From an uncultured Chloroflexia bacterium (GTDB lineage: Bacteria; Chloroflexota; Limnocylindria; Limnocylindrales; CSP1-4): a stretch of DNA of 64,000 nt. The stretch spans positions 64,001 to 128,000 of the forward strand of contig CAVVJT010000007.1 in the NCBI GenBank assembly GCA_963748625.1, in the 5' to 3' direction. Positions 10,175 through 19,650 of the stretch are shown one piece after another. The notes under the pieces were generated by a model that was given only the letters and a program-made list of their open reading frames with translations, was not told the origin of the DNA and did not search any database. Positions within the stretch are counted from its first letter, which is position 1. Every line of letters starts with the position of its first letter. Position numbers and translations under genes: made by a program.

Positions 10175-12220
10175 TCACCGGACAAGGACCAGCAGAATCA
10201 CCACCGTGGCCACCGTGTACGCGAGGTAGAGCTGCAGGCTGCCGGACTGCAGCCGGCGGGCCAGCTGGGCACCCCGGACGGCCCAGCGGTGGATGGGTCC
10301 ATAGACTCGCTCGTCGAGGAGCTGGCGGGAGCTGCTCCGGTAGCGCACCGTGCGGGGGAACGGGGTGCCCGGATGCAGTTCGACGGTCAGCTCCCGGGCG
10401 GGCCGCAGGATGTCCCCGAAGTAGAGCCGGACGAGCTTCGCGAAGCTCGCGGATGTGTACTCGAAGGCGGGCTCCGGCAGCACCCCGCAGGTCCAGGTGG
10501 GAGCCCGCCGGACGCGGCGCCCGCGGATGCCGGCCAGCCAGGCGAGCAGGAACACGAGGACGAGCAAGAGGAACAGCGGGGCGGCCGCGTAGCCCGGCGA
10601 TCCGGCCAGCCCCTGGACGCTCCCGGCTGCCGGGGACCCGAGGGTCGCGCTGCCCGGGCCCAGCACGCCAACGGCGACGCTGCCCGCACGGGCGGCAAGC
10701 GGGCCGGCGGCCACCCCGGCCAGCACGCAGGCGGCGGCCAGCGTCCCCATCGCAAGGCGCATGGAGCGGCCCACCTCCGCAGCCCCCGCAGCACCGGCGC
10801 TCCGCGGCAGTGCGAGGAACCCCACGCCCGTCGCCTTCACGAAGGTGGCCACCGCAAGCGCGGCCGTCAGCCCGAGCCCGGCGACAGCGACGAGCATGAC
10901 CGAGCGGACCACAGGCGGCAGCGCAGCGTCGCCGGCCGCTCCAAGCAGCGCCTGGAAGGTGAGCCACTCACCTGTGAACCCATTCAGCGGTGGCAGGCCG
11001 CTGATTGCCGCGGCGCCTGTCACGAACACCACGGCGGTGACCGGCATGACCCGGGCCAGTCCGCCGAGGCGGTTCAGGTCGCGGGTGCCGGCCGCCTCCT
11101 GCACCGAGCCCGCCGCAAGGAACAGCGCGGACTTGAACAGCGCGTGGTTGAAGGCGTGGACGAGGACCGCGGCCATGGCCACGGTGGCGATCGTGCCCAC
11201 ACCGTGGGCCGCAGCGACCAGTGCCACGCCCAGCCCGATCAGGATGATCCCGACGTTCTCGATCGTGCTGAACGCGAGAAGGCGCTTGAGATCGTCCTCC
11301 ATCATCGCGTACAGGACGCCCAGCACGGCCGACACGAGGCCGATCCCCAGCACCGTCATCCCCCACCAGTCCGGACCAGGGCCGAGGATCTCCACGCCGA
11401 AGCGGATGAGGCCGTAGATGCCGGCCTTGACCATCACACCCGACATCACGGCCGAGACGTGGGACGGCGCGACCGGGTGAGCGCGCGGCAGCCAGACGTG
11501 GAACGGGATCGCGCCGGCCTTCGTGCCAAAGGCGACAAGCAGGAGCAGGAACACGATGTCGCGGACGGGTCCAGGCAGGGATGCGGCGGCGGCGGCGAAC
11601 CCCTCGAGATCCGTGGAGCCGGACGTGGCCGCGAACACGCCGAAGGCCACGACCAGCGCGGCGGCGGCGAGGTGGGTCAGCGCGAGGTAGACGTACCCGG
11701 CGCGGGCGGTGGCAGGCGTCGGTCGGGATCCGATGACGAGGATGGCCGAGCTGACGGCCATGAGCTCCCAGGCCAGCAGGAACGCGAACGCGTCACCGCT
11801 GCCGAACACGAGCGCGAGACTGCCGATGAAGACCGGCGCTGCGGCGGCTGCACGATCCCGCGTGCCGCCCGGGTGGCCGCCGTGGGCTCCATACCCGATG
11901 CCGAACACGGCGCTTGCGGCGCCCACGATCCCGAGGATCACCAGGAACACCGCGGCGAGGCCGTCGACGCGGAGGTCGACCAGCGGGAAGCCGAGGACGT
12001 CTCCCCAGGTCGCCTCGAGCGGCACCCCGCTCGCGAGCACCCAGGCCCCGAGCGCCAGGATGCCGAGCGCCGCGACGGCGGTGAGGCCCGATGCCAGGCC
12101 GCGGGGGTTCAGCCGCGATGCCGGGGCCAGGGCCGCGAGGGTGGCGAGCACCAGCAGGATGCCCACCAGCGGCAGCAGGCCATCGGCGACGAGGGCATCG
12201 GGAGACAGCGCTCCGGCCAA
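10175..12220 (-). CDS. hyfB: hydrogenase-4 subunit B (HyfB/HycC, NuoL-like)
   Basis: FLLAWELMA, KAGAIPFHVWLPRAHPVAPSHVSAVMSG, KRLLAFSTIENVG, GLPPLNGF, WTCG, LQSGSLQLYL. Confidence 0.9.
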   Translation of the reverse strand: MAGALSPDALVADGLLPLVGILLVLATLAALAPASRLNPRGLASGLTAVAALGILALGAWVLASGVPLEATWGDVLGFPLVDLRVDGLAAVFLVILGIVGAASAVFGIGYGAHGGHPGGTRDRAAAAAPVFIGSLALVFGSGDAFAFLLAWELMAVSSAILVIGSRPTPATARAGYVYLALTHLAAAALVVAFGVFAATSGSTDLEGFAAAAASLPGPVRDIVFLLLLVAFGTKAGAIPFHVWLPRAHPVAPSHVSAVMSGVMVKAGIYGLIRFGVEILGPGPDWWGMTVLGIGLVSAVLGVLYAMMEDDLKRLLAFSTIENVGIILIGLGVALVAAAHGVGTIATVAMAAVLVHAFNHALFKSALFLAAGSVQEAAGTRDLNRLGGLARVMPVTAVVFVTGAAAISGLPPLNGFTGEWLTFQALLGAAGDAALPPVVRSVMLVAVAGLGLTAALAVATFVKATGVGFLALPRSAGAAGAAEVGRSMRLAMGTLAAACVLAGVAAGPLAARAGSVAVGVLGPGSATLGSPAAGSVQGLAGSPGYAAAPLFLLLVLVFLLAWLAGIRGRRVRRAPTWTCGVLPEPAFEYTSASFAKLVRLYFGDILRPARELTVELHPGTPFPRTVRYRSSSRQLLDERVYGPIHRWAVRGAQLARRLQSGSLQLYLAYTVATVVILLVLVR

Positions 12221-12300
12221 CTCGGGCGACCTCCTCTCGGCACTGCGGGATCACGGCAACCGCCACGGCGTCGCCCGGCGGGAGCGGCCATGATAGCGTA

Positions 12301-12328
12301 ACTTCGTTATCTCGTAGTATTGCGAAGT
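12301..12328. promoter_or_regulatory. imperfect inverted repeat, candidate ArsR operator in the divergent promoter region
   Basis: ACTTCGTTAT-ctcgtagt-ATTGCGAAGT (8/10 arms match), in an AT-rich patch between hyfB and arsR. Confidence 0.6.
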
Positions 12329-12369
12329 ACCTGCAGAAGCACGTCGCGCACCGAGGGTCCTCGCACGCC

Positions 12370-12753
12370 ATGTCACCCGGCACGCAACGACCAGACGAGG
12401 CCGAGCGACTCCGCCAGTTCAAGGCGGAGTTCTTCAAGGCGCTGGCCAATCCCCTGCGGATCCGGATCCTCGAGCTCCTGCGCGGCGGGCCTCTGAGCGT
12501 CACCCAGATCGGGGATGGCACGGGAGCCCCTGCCTCCAGCGTGTCGCAGCAGCTTGGCGTCCTGCGCGCCAGGAACATCGTGGTCACAGAACGGCGGGGG
12601 ACCACGATCATCTACGAGGTCGCCGATCCGGAGCTGTTCGAACTGCTGGATGTGGCCCGGCGCATCTTCAACGTCCACCTGAACGAGACGATCGACATGC
12701 TCCGCCTGGTCGAGGGTGACGCCCCGGAACCCGCAGTGCGGCCGGATCACTGA
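12370..12753 (+). CDS. ArsR/SmtB family regulator (Rv0081-like)
   Basis: FKAEFFKALANPLRIRILELL...SVSQQLGVLR...RRGTTIIY winged HTH, divergent from the hyc/hyf operon. Confidence 0.9.
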   Translation: MSPGTQRPDEAERLRQFKAEFFKALANPLRIRILELLRGGPLSVTQIGDGTGAPASSVSQQLGVLRARNIVVTERRGTTIIYEVADPELFELLDVARRIFNVHLNETIDMLRLVEGDAPEPAVRPDH

Positions 12754-12866
12754 CCCCACCTGCCACCGCCAATCCTGCCGCCTGACCCGATCCAATGCGC
12801 CGAACGGGCTACACGAGCCGGGGCCGGGAGGGCATGATGACCCCCACACGGAGGTAGGGTCCACAG

Positions 12867-13304
12867 ATGTTCGGCATCGGCACGAAGCGCGACTGGCTCG
12901 CGATGGTGATCGTCCTGTTCGCGGTCCCGCTGTCCGTGTTCGGCGGCACCAACATCGCGTGCGTCGGCCAGGGCCTGTCGCAGGACTGCTCGTACCTTGC
13001 CGTATTCATCTCGCCGATGCTGCTGGTGGTCACGGGCGTGATCGCCGGGATCATCACGAGCGGCTGGACCGGCCTGTTCGTCGTGGGCGCGGGCCAGATC
13101 ATGGGCCAGGTGGTCATCGTGGCGCTGGCCTACGCGGCAGGCCGGCCAGTGCCGATCGACTGGTTCTCCGGGATCGTGGCCACCGTCTGGTTCGGCGCCC
13201 CGATCGCCATCGGCTACGGCCTCGCCCGGGGCGCGATGTTCATCGTTGCGCGTCGCAAGGCCGCTGCCGGAGCCGGCGATTCGAAGGACGCGCCGCAGGC
13301 CTGA
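12867..13304 (+). CDS. hypothetical membrane protein (~4 TM)
   Basis: GGAGG upstream, hydrophobic segments, coding-like GC3 bias. Confidence 0.75.
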   Translation: MFGIGTKRDWLAMVIVLFAVPLSVFGGTNIACVGQGLSQDCSYLAVFISPMLLVVTGVIAGIITSGWTGLFVVGAGQIMGQVVIVALAYAAGRPVPIDWFSGIVATVWFGAPIAIGYGLARGAMFIVARRKAAAGAGDSKDAPQA

Positions 13305-13324
13305 TCTCGCCCGCCCGGCCGGCG

Positions 13325-13353
13325 CCGGGGGTCCGGGGGTCCGGGGGTCCGGG
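13325..13353 (+). repeat. 8-bp tandem repeat CCGGGGGT x3 plus a partial copy
   Basis: ccgggggt ccgggggt ccgggggt ccggg. Confidence 0.7.
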
Positions 13354-13612
13354 TTCCGATGCCCGCTTCCATCCACGGACAGGGACGGATTCGCACTTCT
13401 ATCCGCTCCAGGATGAAGCTCGGGCGGCGCGTGCAGAGGTCAGCCCGCGAAGTCGGGGTTCAGCCCCCGACCTCCGCACGCCGCGGGCGGATCTCATTCC
13501 CACGGGGGTTGTTGACCGAATCCATCCGCGCAGGAATAGATGCCGGGTCGGGCGATCGGCCAGCGCCAAGGAGCGGCGCAGAGACGCGCGGCAGGGCAGG
13601 GTCGCCGTGACC

Positions 13613-13888
13613 TCAGGCCGGCAGGGCGATCCCCGGCATCGGCACGTGCCAGCCGATCAGCTCGCAACCCAGGACGTGGGGTGCCCGCTGTCCGGGCGTG
13701 CAGTCCGCGCAGCCCCACGGGGTGAGACCGCCGTCGTCGGAAAGGTAGACGATGTCGCAGGCCGACTCCGACGGGTCGCAGTCCGCTGCGTGGCACACGC
13801 AGTTGCAGTGGATCCAGTGCTGGCAGGTGCAGGCGGCATCGGGCGCGGGCTCGCGGAGCACCGAGGCAGGGGCCGGGACCAGGTGCAT
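13613..13888 (-). CDS. small Cys/His-rich hypothetical protein (91 aa)
   Basis: GGAGG 7 nt before ATG 13888; CTC, CNCVCH and CADC motifs. Confidence 0.65.
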   Translation of the reverse strand: MHLVPAPASVLREPAPDAACTCQHWIHCNCVCHAADCDPSESACDIVYLSDDGGLTPWGCADCTPGQRAPHVLGCELIGWHVPMPGIALPA

Positions 13889-14096
13889 GGGGACGCCTCC
13901 AGATCGACCACCACGCCCAGCTGACCGCGGCGGACCCGGTGATGCGGATTGTGCGCCCATGCGTCAACCCGCCGCGCCCGCCCGCAACCCACCGCGCCCG
14001 CCCGCAACCCCTCGCGCACACGCGCACCGTGACGCCGCGACCGGGTCCGGCTACCATCCGCACGCTGGCGCCCGCCGGCTGCACGGAGGACCGTCC

Positions 14097-14720
14097 ATGC
14101 TCCGACCGCTGACCGCCCTGGCCGCCCTCCTCGCGCTGGTCATGGTCCTGGGCGCGTGTTCGTCCAAGCCGGTTTCCCAGGCGTCCGAGCAGACGGCCCC
14201 GCCCGTCGCGACCGACGCTCCGGCGGCCGCTACGGCCGAACCCACCACCCTGCCAGCGACGCCTGAGCCGGAGCCCACTGCGGCCACCCCGACCGCCGAG
14301 CCCACACCCAAGCCCCCGCCCGGTATCCCGCCCAAGCCCGGCAACCCGACTTGGACCCTGCTCAAGCAGACGCCAGTCAAGTCCACCGGCCGCATCCTGG
14401 AGACGTACCGGGCAACCTGGACGGCCCCGGATGGCGTCGCCGACCAGTTCCTGCTCTACGGCGTGGAGGGATGCCTCCGCGAGTCCAAGAAGAACAACGG
14501 CAAGCCGTGTGTCGTGAAGGGCATGCCCATCCCCAAGGAGCGCCTGGTCAAGCTGGGGACCGCCCCGGGTGACGCGCGGGAGATGCAGATCTCCTACGAG
14601 GTCGGCGAGGCCGGGCCGGGCCCGTACGGGGCATTCCTGGTCCGCGCGGTGAATGGCGCCGGCAAGAGCATCTTCACGATCGTCCACAGCGACGACGTCT
14701 GCTGGCGCTGCACCTACTGA
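14097..14720 (+). CDS. lipoprotein with Pro/Thr-rich linker and FN3-like C-terminal domain
   Basis: GGAGG RBS, lipobox LGAC, PT/AEP linker, TWTAP...FLVRAVNGAGKS. Confidence 0.75.
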   Translation: MLRPLTALAALLALVMVLGACSSKPVSQASEQTAPPVATDAPAAATAEPTTLPATPEPEPTAATPTAEPTPKPPPGIPPKPGNPTWTLLKQTPVKSTGRILETYRATWTAPDGVADQFLLYGVEGCLRESKKNNGKPCVVKGMPIPKERLVKLGTAPGDAREMQISYEVGEAGPGPYGAFLVRAVNGAGKSIFTIVHSDDVCWRCTY

Positions 14721-14838
14721 CCGGGCCGCGCCGCGGAACGGGGGCCGGGCCGCGGAACGGCATCCACCGGGCCAGCGCGAGCGACGTATGCTGCCCGTGC
14801 GGCCGGCGCTGCCCGCACGGCCCGAACAGGAGGCTCCC

Positions 14839-15702
14839 TTGGGTCACGTCGCCGTCGTCACCGATTCCACCGCCGACCTGACGCCCGAGCAGGCAGCTGC
14901 CGCCGGCATCCACGTCGTCCCGCTCTACGTGCGCTTCGGCGACCAGGAATTCAAGGCGCTCGTGGACCTCACCACCGAGCAGTTCTGGGACCGCCTGCTC
15001 GCCCCCGGTGCGCCCATCCCCTCCACCTCGGCCCCGTCGCCCGGCGACTTCAAGACCACGTTCGAGCAGCTCTTCGCCGACGGCGCCGACGCCATCGTCT
15101 GCCCCACCCTGGGCACCAAGCTCTCGGCCACGTTCCAGAGCGCCACCCTGGCGGCGCAGGCCCTCCCCGACCGCGAGATCCACATCATCGACACCCGCTC
15201 CACCTCGATGTCCACCGGGATCCCGGCCCTGATGGCGGCGGAGCTCGCGGCGGCAGGCCACACGGCCGCCGAGATCGCGCAGGCCGTGACCGACCGCCTG
15301 TCCGACGTCGACCTGTTCGTGACGGTCGACACGCTCGACTACCTGCGCAAGGGCGGCCGGCTGTCCGGCGCGCAGGCCATGATCGGCACGATGCTCTCGG
15401 TCAAGCCGATCATCACCGTCGTCGACGGCCTGGTCACCGTGGCCGAGAAGCCGCGCACACGCGTCAAGGCGCGGGCGCGCACGGTGGAGCTGGTCACGGC
15501 CGCACCGCTCGAGCGGATCTCCATCCTGCACACCCCCACCAGCTCCGCCGACGAGGTGAAGGCCTTCCGCGAGGCCCTGCTGGCGGCAGCACCAGGCGTG
15601 GATCCGGCAAAGGTCACGACGGGCCTGATCGGGGCTTCCACCGGCCCGCACCTGGGGCCGGACCTGATGGGCGCGTCGTTCATGCGGGCTCGCCCCGCCT
15701 GA
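14839..15702 (+). CDS. DegV family fatty-acid-binding protein
   Basis: VAVVTDSTADL, STSAPSPG, TLDYLRKGGRL, GPHLGP; AGGAGG RBS before TTG. Confidence 0.93.
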   Translation: MGHVAVVTDSTADLTPEQAAAAGIHVVPLYVRFGDQEFKALVDLTTEQFWDRLLAPGAPIPSTSAPSPGDFKTTFEQLFADGADAIVCPTLGTKLSATFQSATLAAQALPDREIHIIDTRSTSMSTGIPALMAAELAAAGHTAAEIAQAVTDRLSDVDLFVTVDTLDYLRKGGRLSGAQAMIGTMLSVKPIITVVDGLVTVAEKPRTRVKARARTVELVTAAPLERISILHTPTSSADEVKAFREALLAAAPGVDPAKVTTGLIGASTGPHLGPDLMGASFMRARPA

Positions 15703-15771
15703 CCGCGCCGATGACGGGGAGGGTCTCCGCAACCGTCGGCGGCCACCCCCGATCCCGGCTACCTTGACGCC

Positions 15772-17335
15772 GTGAGAACGCGCAGGCGGGCGTGGACGGA
15801 GGTCCGCCAGCCGCCCACATCGACTCCTCGGCCGGTACGGCGCTCCTGCGGCCGTGTTCGGCGTGGCCATGATCGTCTTCCTGCGCACCCTGCTGCCCGG
15901 CCAGGCCTTCGACGACTGGGGGGAGATGCAGGTCGTCCCCCATGTCCTCGGCATCCCCCACCCCACCGGCTACCCCACGTACGTGCTCGTCGCCTGGCTG
16001 TTCGAGCTGATCCCGATCGGGTCGATCGCCTTCCGCGCGAACCTCCTGTCGGCCGTCTGCATCGCCGTGGCGCTGGCCGCACTCACCTCGGCGCAACAGC
16101 GGCTGGGCGTGCGGCCGGTGGTCGCCGCGGGGGCGGCGCTCGCGGCCGGCTTCACGGGCTCCATCTGGTCATCGGCGACCGTCGCCGAGGTCAACGCGCT
16201 CCACCTCGCGTTCATCGCCCTGATCTTCGACCGGGCGCTGGCCTGGGCGGACGGCAACCGCTTCCGCGATCTCGCCCTGGGCGGCCTCCTGATCGGGCTG
16301 TCGATGGGCAACCACGTCCTGACCGCGTTCACCGCGCCCTTCGTGATCCTCTTCGTCCTGTGGACGGGACGCCAGGCGCTCGCCGAGCACAAGGCGTGGA
16401 TCCTGGCGCCGGTGGCGACGATGGCCTTGGGCGGCCTCGTCTACCTCTACCTGCCCATCGCCGCGTCGCTCAATCCGCCGCTCCCGTACAACTCGCCCAC
16501 GGACTTCGAGGGCTTCAAGTTCCTCGTCCTCGGCGAGCAGTTCAGCGGCCAGTACCGCGGCCTGATCACGCCAGAGGGTCCAGGCACGTTCATCGGGTCG
16601 CTGCCGGACCTTGGCAAGCTCATGGGCGAGCGGGCCACCCTGCTCTTCCCGCTCGTCGCACTGCTGGGCGTGGTGCCCGCCATCCGGCGCAACCTGCCCT
16701 TCGCGGCGGTCCTGATCGCGACGATCCTGACCGGGGCGTATGTCTGGGCCAACTACCTGCGCCTGGAGCACTACCTGCTGGTGCCGTGGCTCGCGATGGG
16801 CATCCTCGTGGGGCTCGCGATCGACGAGCTGGGCGATCTCGTGGCGGGCTGGCTGACCGAGGGCCTGCGGCCGATCCCGGGCGCGGCGGTCGCCCTGCTC
16901 GCGCTGGGCCTGGCCGGGATGCTGGTCGCGGTCAACCTGCCCAAGCAGGACATGAGCGGCGACCGGTCCGCGGAGCAGTACGTGGACGACCTGTTCGCCC
17001 TGCTCCCGGAGAACGCCGCGGTGCTCACGTTCTGGGGGGCCTCACCGCCGCTGTGGTACGCGACCCTCGTGGATGGCCGCCGCACCGACGTGCTGGTGGT
17101 GGACGACACCAACATCGTCTACGAGGGCTGGCAGACGCGAGAGGCGCGAATCAAGGACCTGATCTGCGAGCGGCCGGTGTACCTCGTCCGCGGCAGCGGC
17201 AGGGACGTGGAACTGACCCGCCAGGCCGGGTACGAGGTCACCGAGGTGGGCAGCGTGCGGTCCGGCGGTGGCGGTCCAGTCGCCGGTTACACGCTGGCGG
17301 TCCACCGCGTGGAGCGCCCCGCGACCTGCCCGTAG
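15772..17335 (+). CDS. DUF2723 (TMEM260-like GT-C) membrane protein; 5' end probably frameshifted, main ORF 15854..17335
   Basis: DWGEMQ...LGIPHPTGYPTY, FRANLLSA, WSSATVAEVNALH, YLYLPI. Confidence 0.85.
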
Positions 17336-17387
17336 CAGCTCAGGGCCAGACGACGTTCCAGCGGAAGCCCGCGATGATCCCCCAGGC

Positions 17388-18299
17388 CTACGGCCAGGCG
17401 ATCGTCGCCGTCATCGGCGTCACCCCGAACCCGGGCGCGATGTTCTGCAGCACCAGGCGCCACGGGTTCGCCCCCACCACCGGCAGCGAGACGCTGGTCC
17501 CGGTCGACGGCCCCTGGTTGGGCAGCACGGTGCTCCCGGTTCCGCCCTGCTCGATGAGGTCCACCTCGTACGAGAACGGGTGGCCGCCCCACTGGGCGAG
17601 GAGCGTCACGTTGCCCTCCGTCCGCGGCGTCAGGATCGCGGTGATGCCGTTGGTCTCGGGATAGTCCGTCCCGTCGAAGCGGGCGTTCGCGATGGTCACC
17701 GTCGGGGCCTTGGCCGGGAACGTGACGGCCACGTCAACCACGGGCGTCTCCACGTCGGCGCCGCGCAGGGTGGCCTTGAACGATTCGGTCCGCCTGGTCG
17801 TGGTCACGGTCAGTTGGCCGTCCCCGGTCGTGGTGCAGCCGACCTTCTTGCCGCCCGCGCTCAGGCACAGGATCGCGCTGCCCATCGGCGACGTGGTCTT
17901 CACGGCGACGGTGATGACGCCGGTCCCCCGGCTCTCGAAGGTGATGGCCCGGTTCCTGCCCTGCGGATCGTCCTTCGCATCGAGCTTGAGCCCGGCGAAC
18001 ACGATGGTGGCGGGCTTGCCGGGCTTGGCCGACGGCCGCGGTGTGGGGGTGATCCCGGCGCTGGCCGATGCGCTGGCCGAGGCGACCGCGGACGCGACCG
18101 CCGACGCGACGGCGCTGGGATCGGGCGACACGGGCTCGACGGAGGCGGGGACGTCCGTGGGGGCGATGCTGCCCGCGGCGGTGCCGGTCGAGGCCGGACT
18201 CTCGCCGGCGCCGGTCGAAGGGACGGCCGCATTGCCGCACCCGGCAGCGACAAGGGAGGCAAGGAGCAGGACGGCCGGGAGCGCGCGCAGGGTGGTCAT
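17388..18299 (-). CDS. hypothetical lipoprotein with Ser/Ala/Pro-rich linker
   Basis: Signal peptide ending VAAGC, low-complexity linker, beta-rich C-terminal region. Confidence 0.75.
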   Translation of the reverse strand: MTTLRALPAVLLLASLVAAGCGNAAVPSTGAGESPASTGTAAGSIAPTDVPASVEPVSPDPSAVASAVASAVASASASASAGITPTPRPSAKPGKPATIVFAGLKLDAKDDPQGRNRAITFESRGTGVITVAVKTTSPMGSAILCLSAGGKKVGCTTTGDGQLTVTTTRRTESFKATLRGADVETPVVDVAVTFPAKAPTVTIANARFDGTDYPETNGITAILTPRTEGNVTLLAQWGGHPFSYEVDLIEQGGTGSTVLPNQGPSTGTSVSLPVVGANPWRLVLQNIAPGFGVTPMTATIAWP

Positions 18300-18862
18300 G
18301 CGCGGATGGTAGGCCCCGGGCTCAACCTTCGCGCGGCGGCGCCGGATTGGCCAGGCCCTCGACCACCTCGACGGTCGGCAGCGTGGCGCAGGATCGACGG
18401 CGGGGCGATCACCTTCCAGCTGCGGCTGCCGCCACCCAGGATGATCCGCTCGCGCTCCGTGACCGCGGCATCCACCCAGACCGGCAGGTGGTCGGGCAGG
18501 CCGAAGACGGTCACGCCACCGATCTCGTGGCCGGTGAGCGTGCGCGTCTCCTCGGGCGAGGCGAACGACGCCCGGCGGCCGAACCGCGCCTTGATCGCCT
18601 TGTTCACGTCGAGGCGGTGCGTCGCGAGCACCACGCAGGCGGCGTACACCGGCTCCGGGCCCTTGCCCACCACGATGATCGTGTTGGCGGAGTCCGCCAG
18701 GTCGAAGCCGTAGTGGGCGCAGAAGGCCGCCGTGTCGGCCAGCGCGGGGTCGCAGGGGAAGAGCTCGTGCTCGCCACGGCCGGCCAGGGATGCCTCGAGG
18801 GCGGTGCGATCGGGATCAGGCGTGGAGGCGGCCGCGGTGGCCGGGGCGTCGTCTGGGGTCAT
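18296..18862 (-). CDS. YbaK/EbsC (aminoacyl-tRNA editing) family protein; 3' end possibly frameshifted
   Basis: SANTIIV, ASFASPEET..LTGHEIGGVTVFG, GGGSRSWK. Confidence 0.85.
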   Translation of the reverse strand: MTPDDAPATAAASTPDPDRTALEASLAGRGEHELFPCDPALADTAAFCAHYGFDLADSANTIIVVGKGPEPVYAACVVLATHRLDVNKAIKARFGRRASFASPEETRTLTGHEIGGVTVFGLPDHLPVWVDAAVTERERIILGGGSRSWKVIAPPSILRHAADRRGGRGPGQSGAAARRLSPGPTIRA

Positions 18863-19032
18863 GGCGGGCAACGGTAGCGGAGTCCGCCGGCGTACGCGAC
18901 CGTCAGCCGCGCGTGGCGAGGGTGACGGCGTCTCCTTCGTGAGAGGGCTCCAGATGGACCGCGCGGAAGGTCACCCCCCGAGCCTGGCACGGAAGCGCAC
19001 GAGCCACACGGGGGCCGCCGTCCTCACGACCG

Positions 19033-19650
19033 CTACGAGGCCGTTGCGCGCCTTGCCGCGACCCACGCGGCAAGCGCACCGGCCACCAAGCCGACGAGGA
19101 GTCCAGTCAGGTTGTCGATGACGTCCCCGCTCTGGCACGCGCGATGGAGCGGCGTCACCAAGAACTGGGTCCCCTCGATCACGAATGGGAGGGCCGCCGC
19201 GGCGGCAAGCACCACCGCCTTGCGGCGCGACCTCGGAACCAGCGCGATCGTGAACCCGAGTGGGATGAACAGCAGGATGTTCCCGAGCTCGTCGGTGGGC
19301 CAGCGCAACCGATCCAGCGGCGCCAGCCCGATCCGTGACAGGTCGCAGGATCGAACAAGGCCGATATCGGGACGGTCCGCCGCCACCAGCGGTGTCATCG
19401 TGCCAGCCAGGATGACGCCGGTGCTGAACAGCAGCACCCAGGCGACAGGGCGCCGCACACGCAGCCAGCGCGCCACTCGACCGCTGGCGAGCGTGCTCAC
19501 AACGAACGCGAGCATGACGCCGGGGACGAGCCATGGCAGGGGCGATACCCACCAGATCACGGTCGCACCAGGGACATACGGGAATTGTCGGGCATCGGCA
19601 TCGGCAGCGGCCGGATCAGTGGGTGCCGGCCTCAGCAGTGACCGGGACAA
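19033..19650 (-). CDS. VanZ-like membrane protein
   Basis: GNILLFIPLG, IEGTQF...RACQSGDVIDNLTG. Confidence 0.8.
   Translation of the reverse strand: MSRSLLRPAPTDPAAADADARQFPYVPGATVIWWVSPLPWLVPGVMLAFVVSTLASGRVARWLRVRRPVAWVLLFSTGVILAGTMTPLVAADRPDIGLVRSCDLSRIGLAPLDRLRWPTDELGNILLFIPLGFTIALVPRSRRKAVVLAAAAALPFVIEGTQFLVTPLHRACQSGDVIDNLTGLLVGLVAGALAAWVAARRATAS

Noticed and set aside
2673-12301. Long plus-strand ORFs (e.g. 2673..5288, 6755..8620, 10157..12301)
   Set aside because: These are antisense shadows of well-supported minus-strand genes, expected at high GC, with Arg/Gly/Pro-rich motif-free translations.
19033-19650. VanZ as a glycopeptide-resistance determinant
   Set aside because: No van cluster is present, and VanZ-like genes commonly flank polysaccharide loci.
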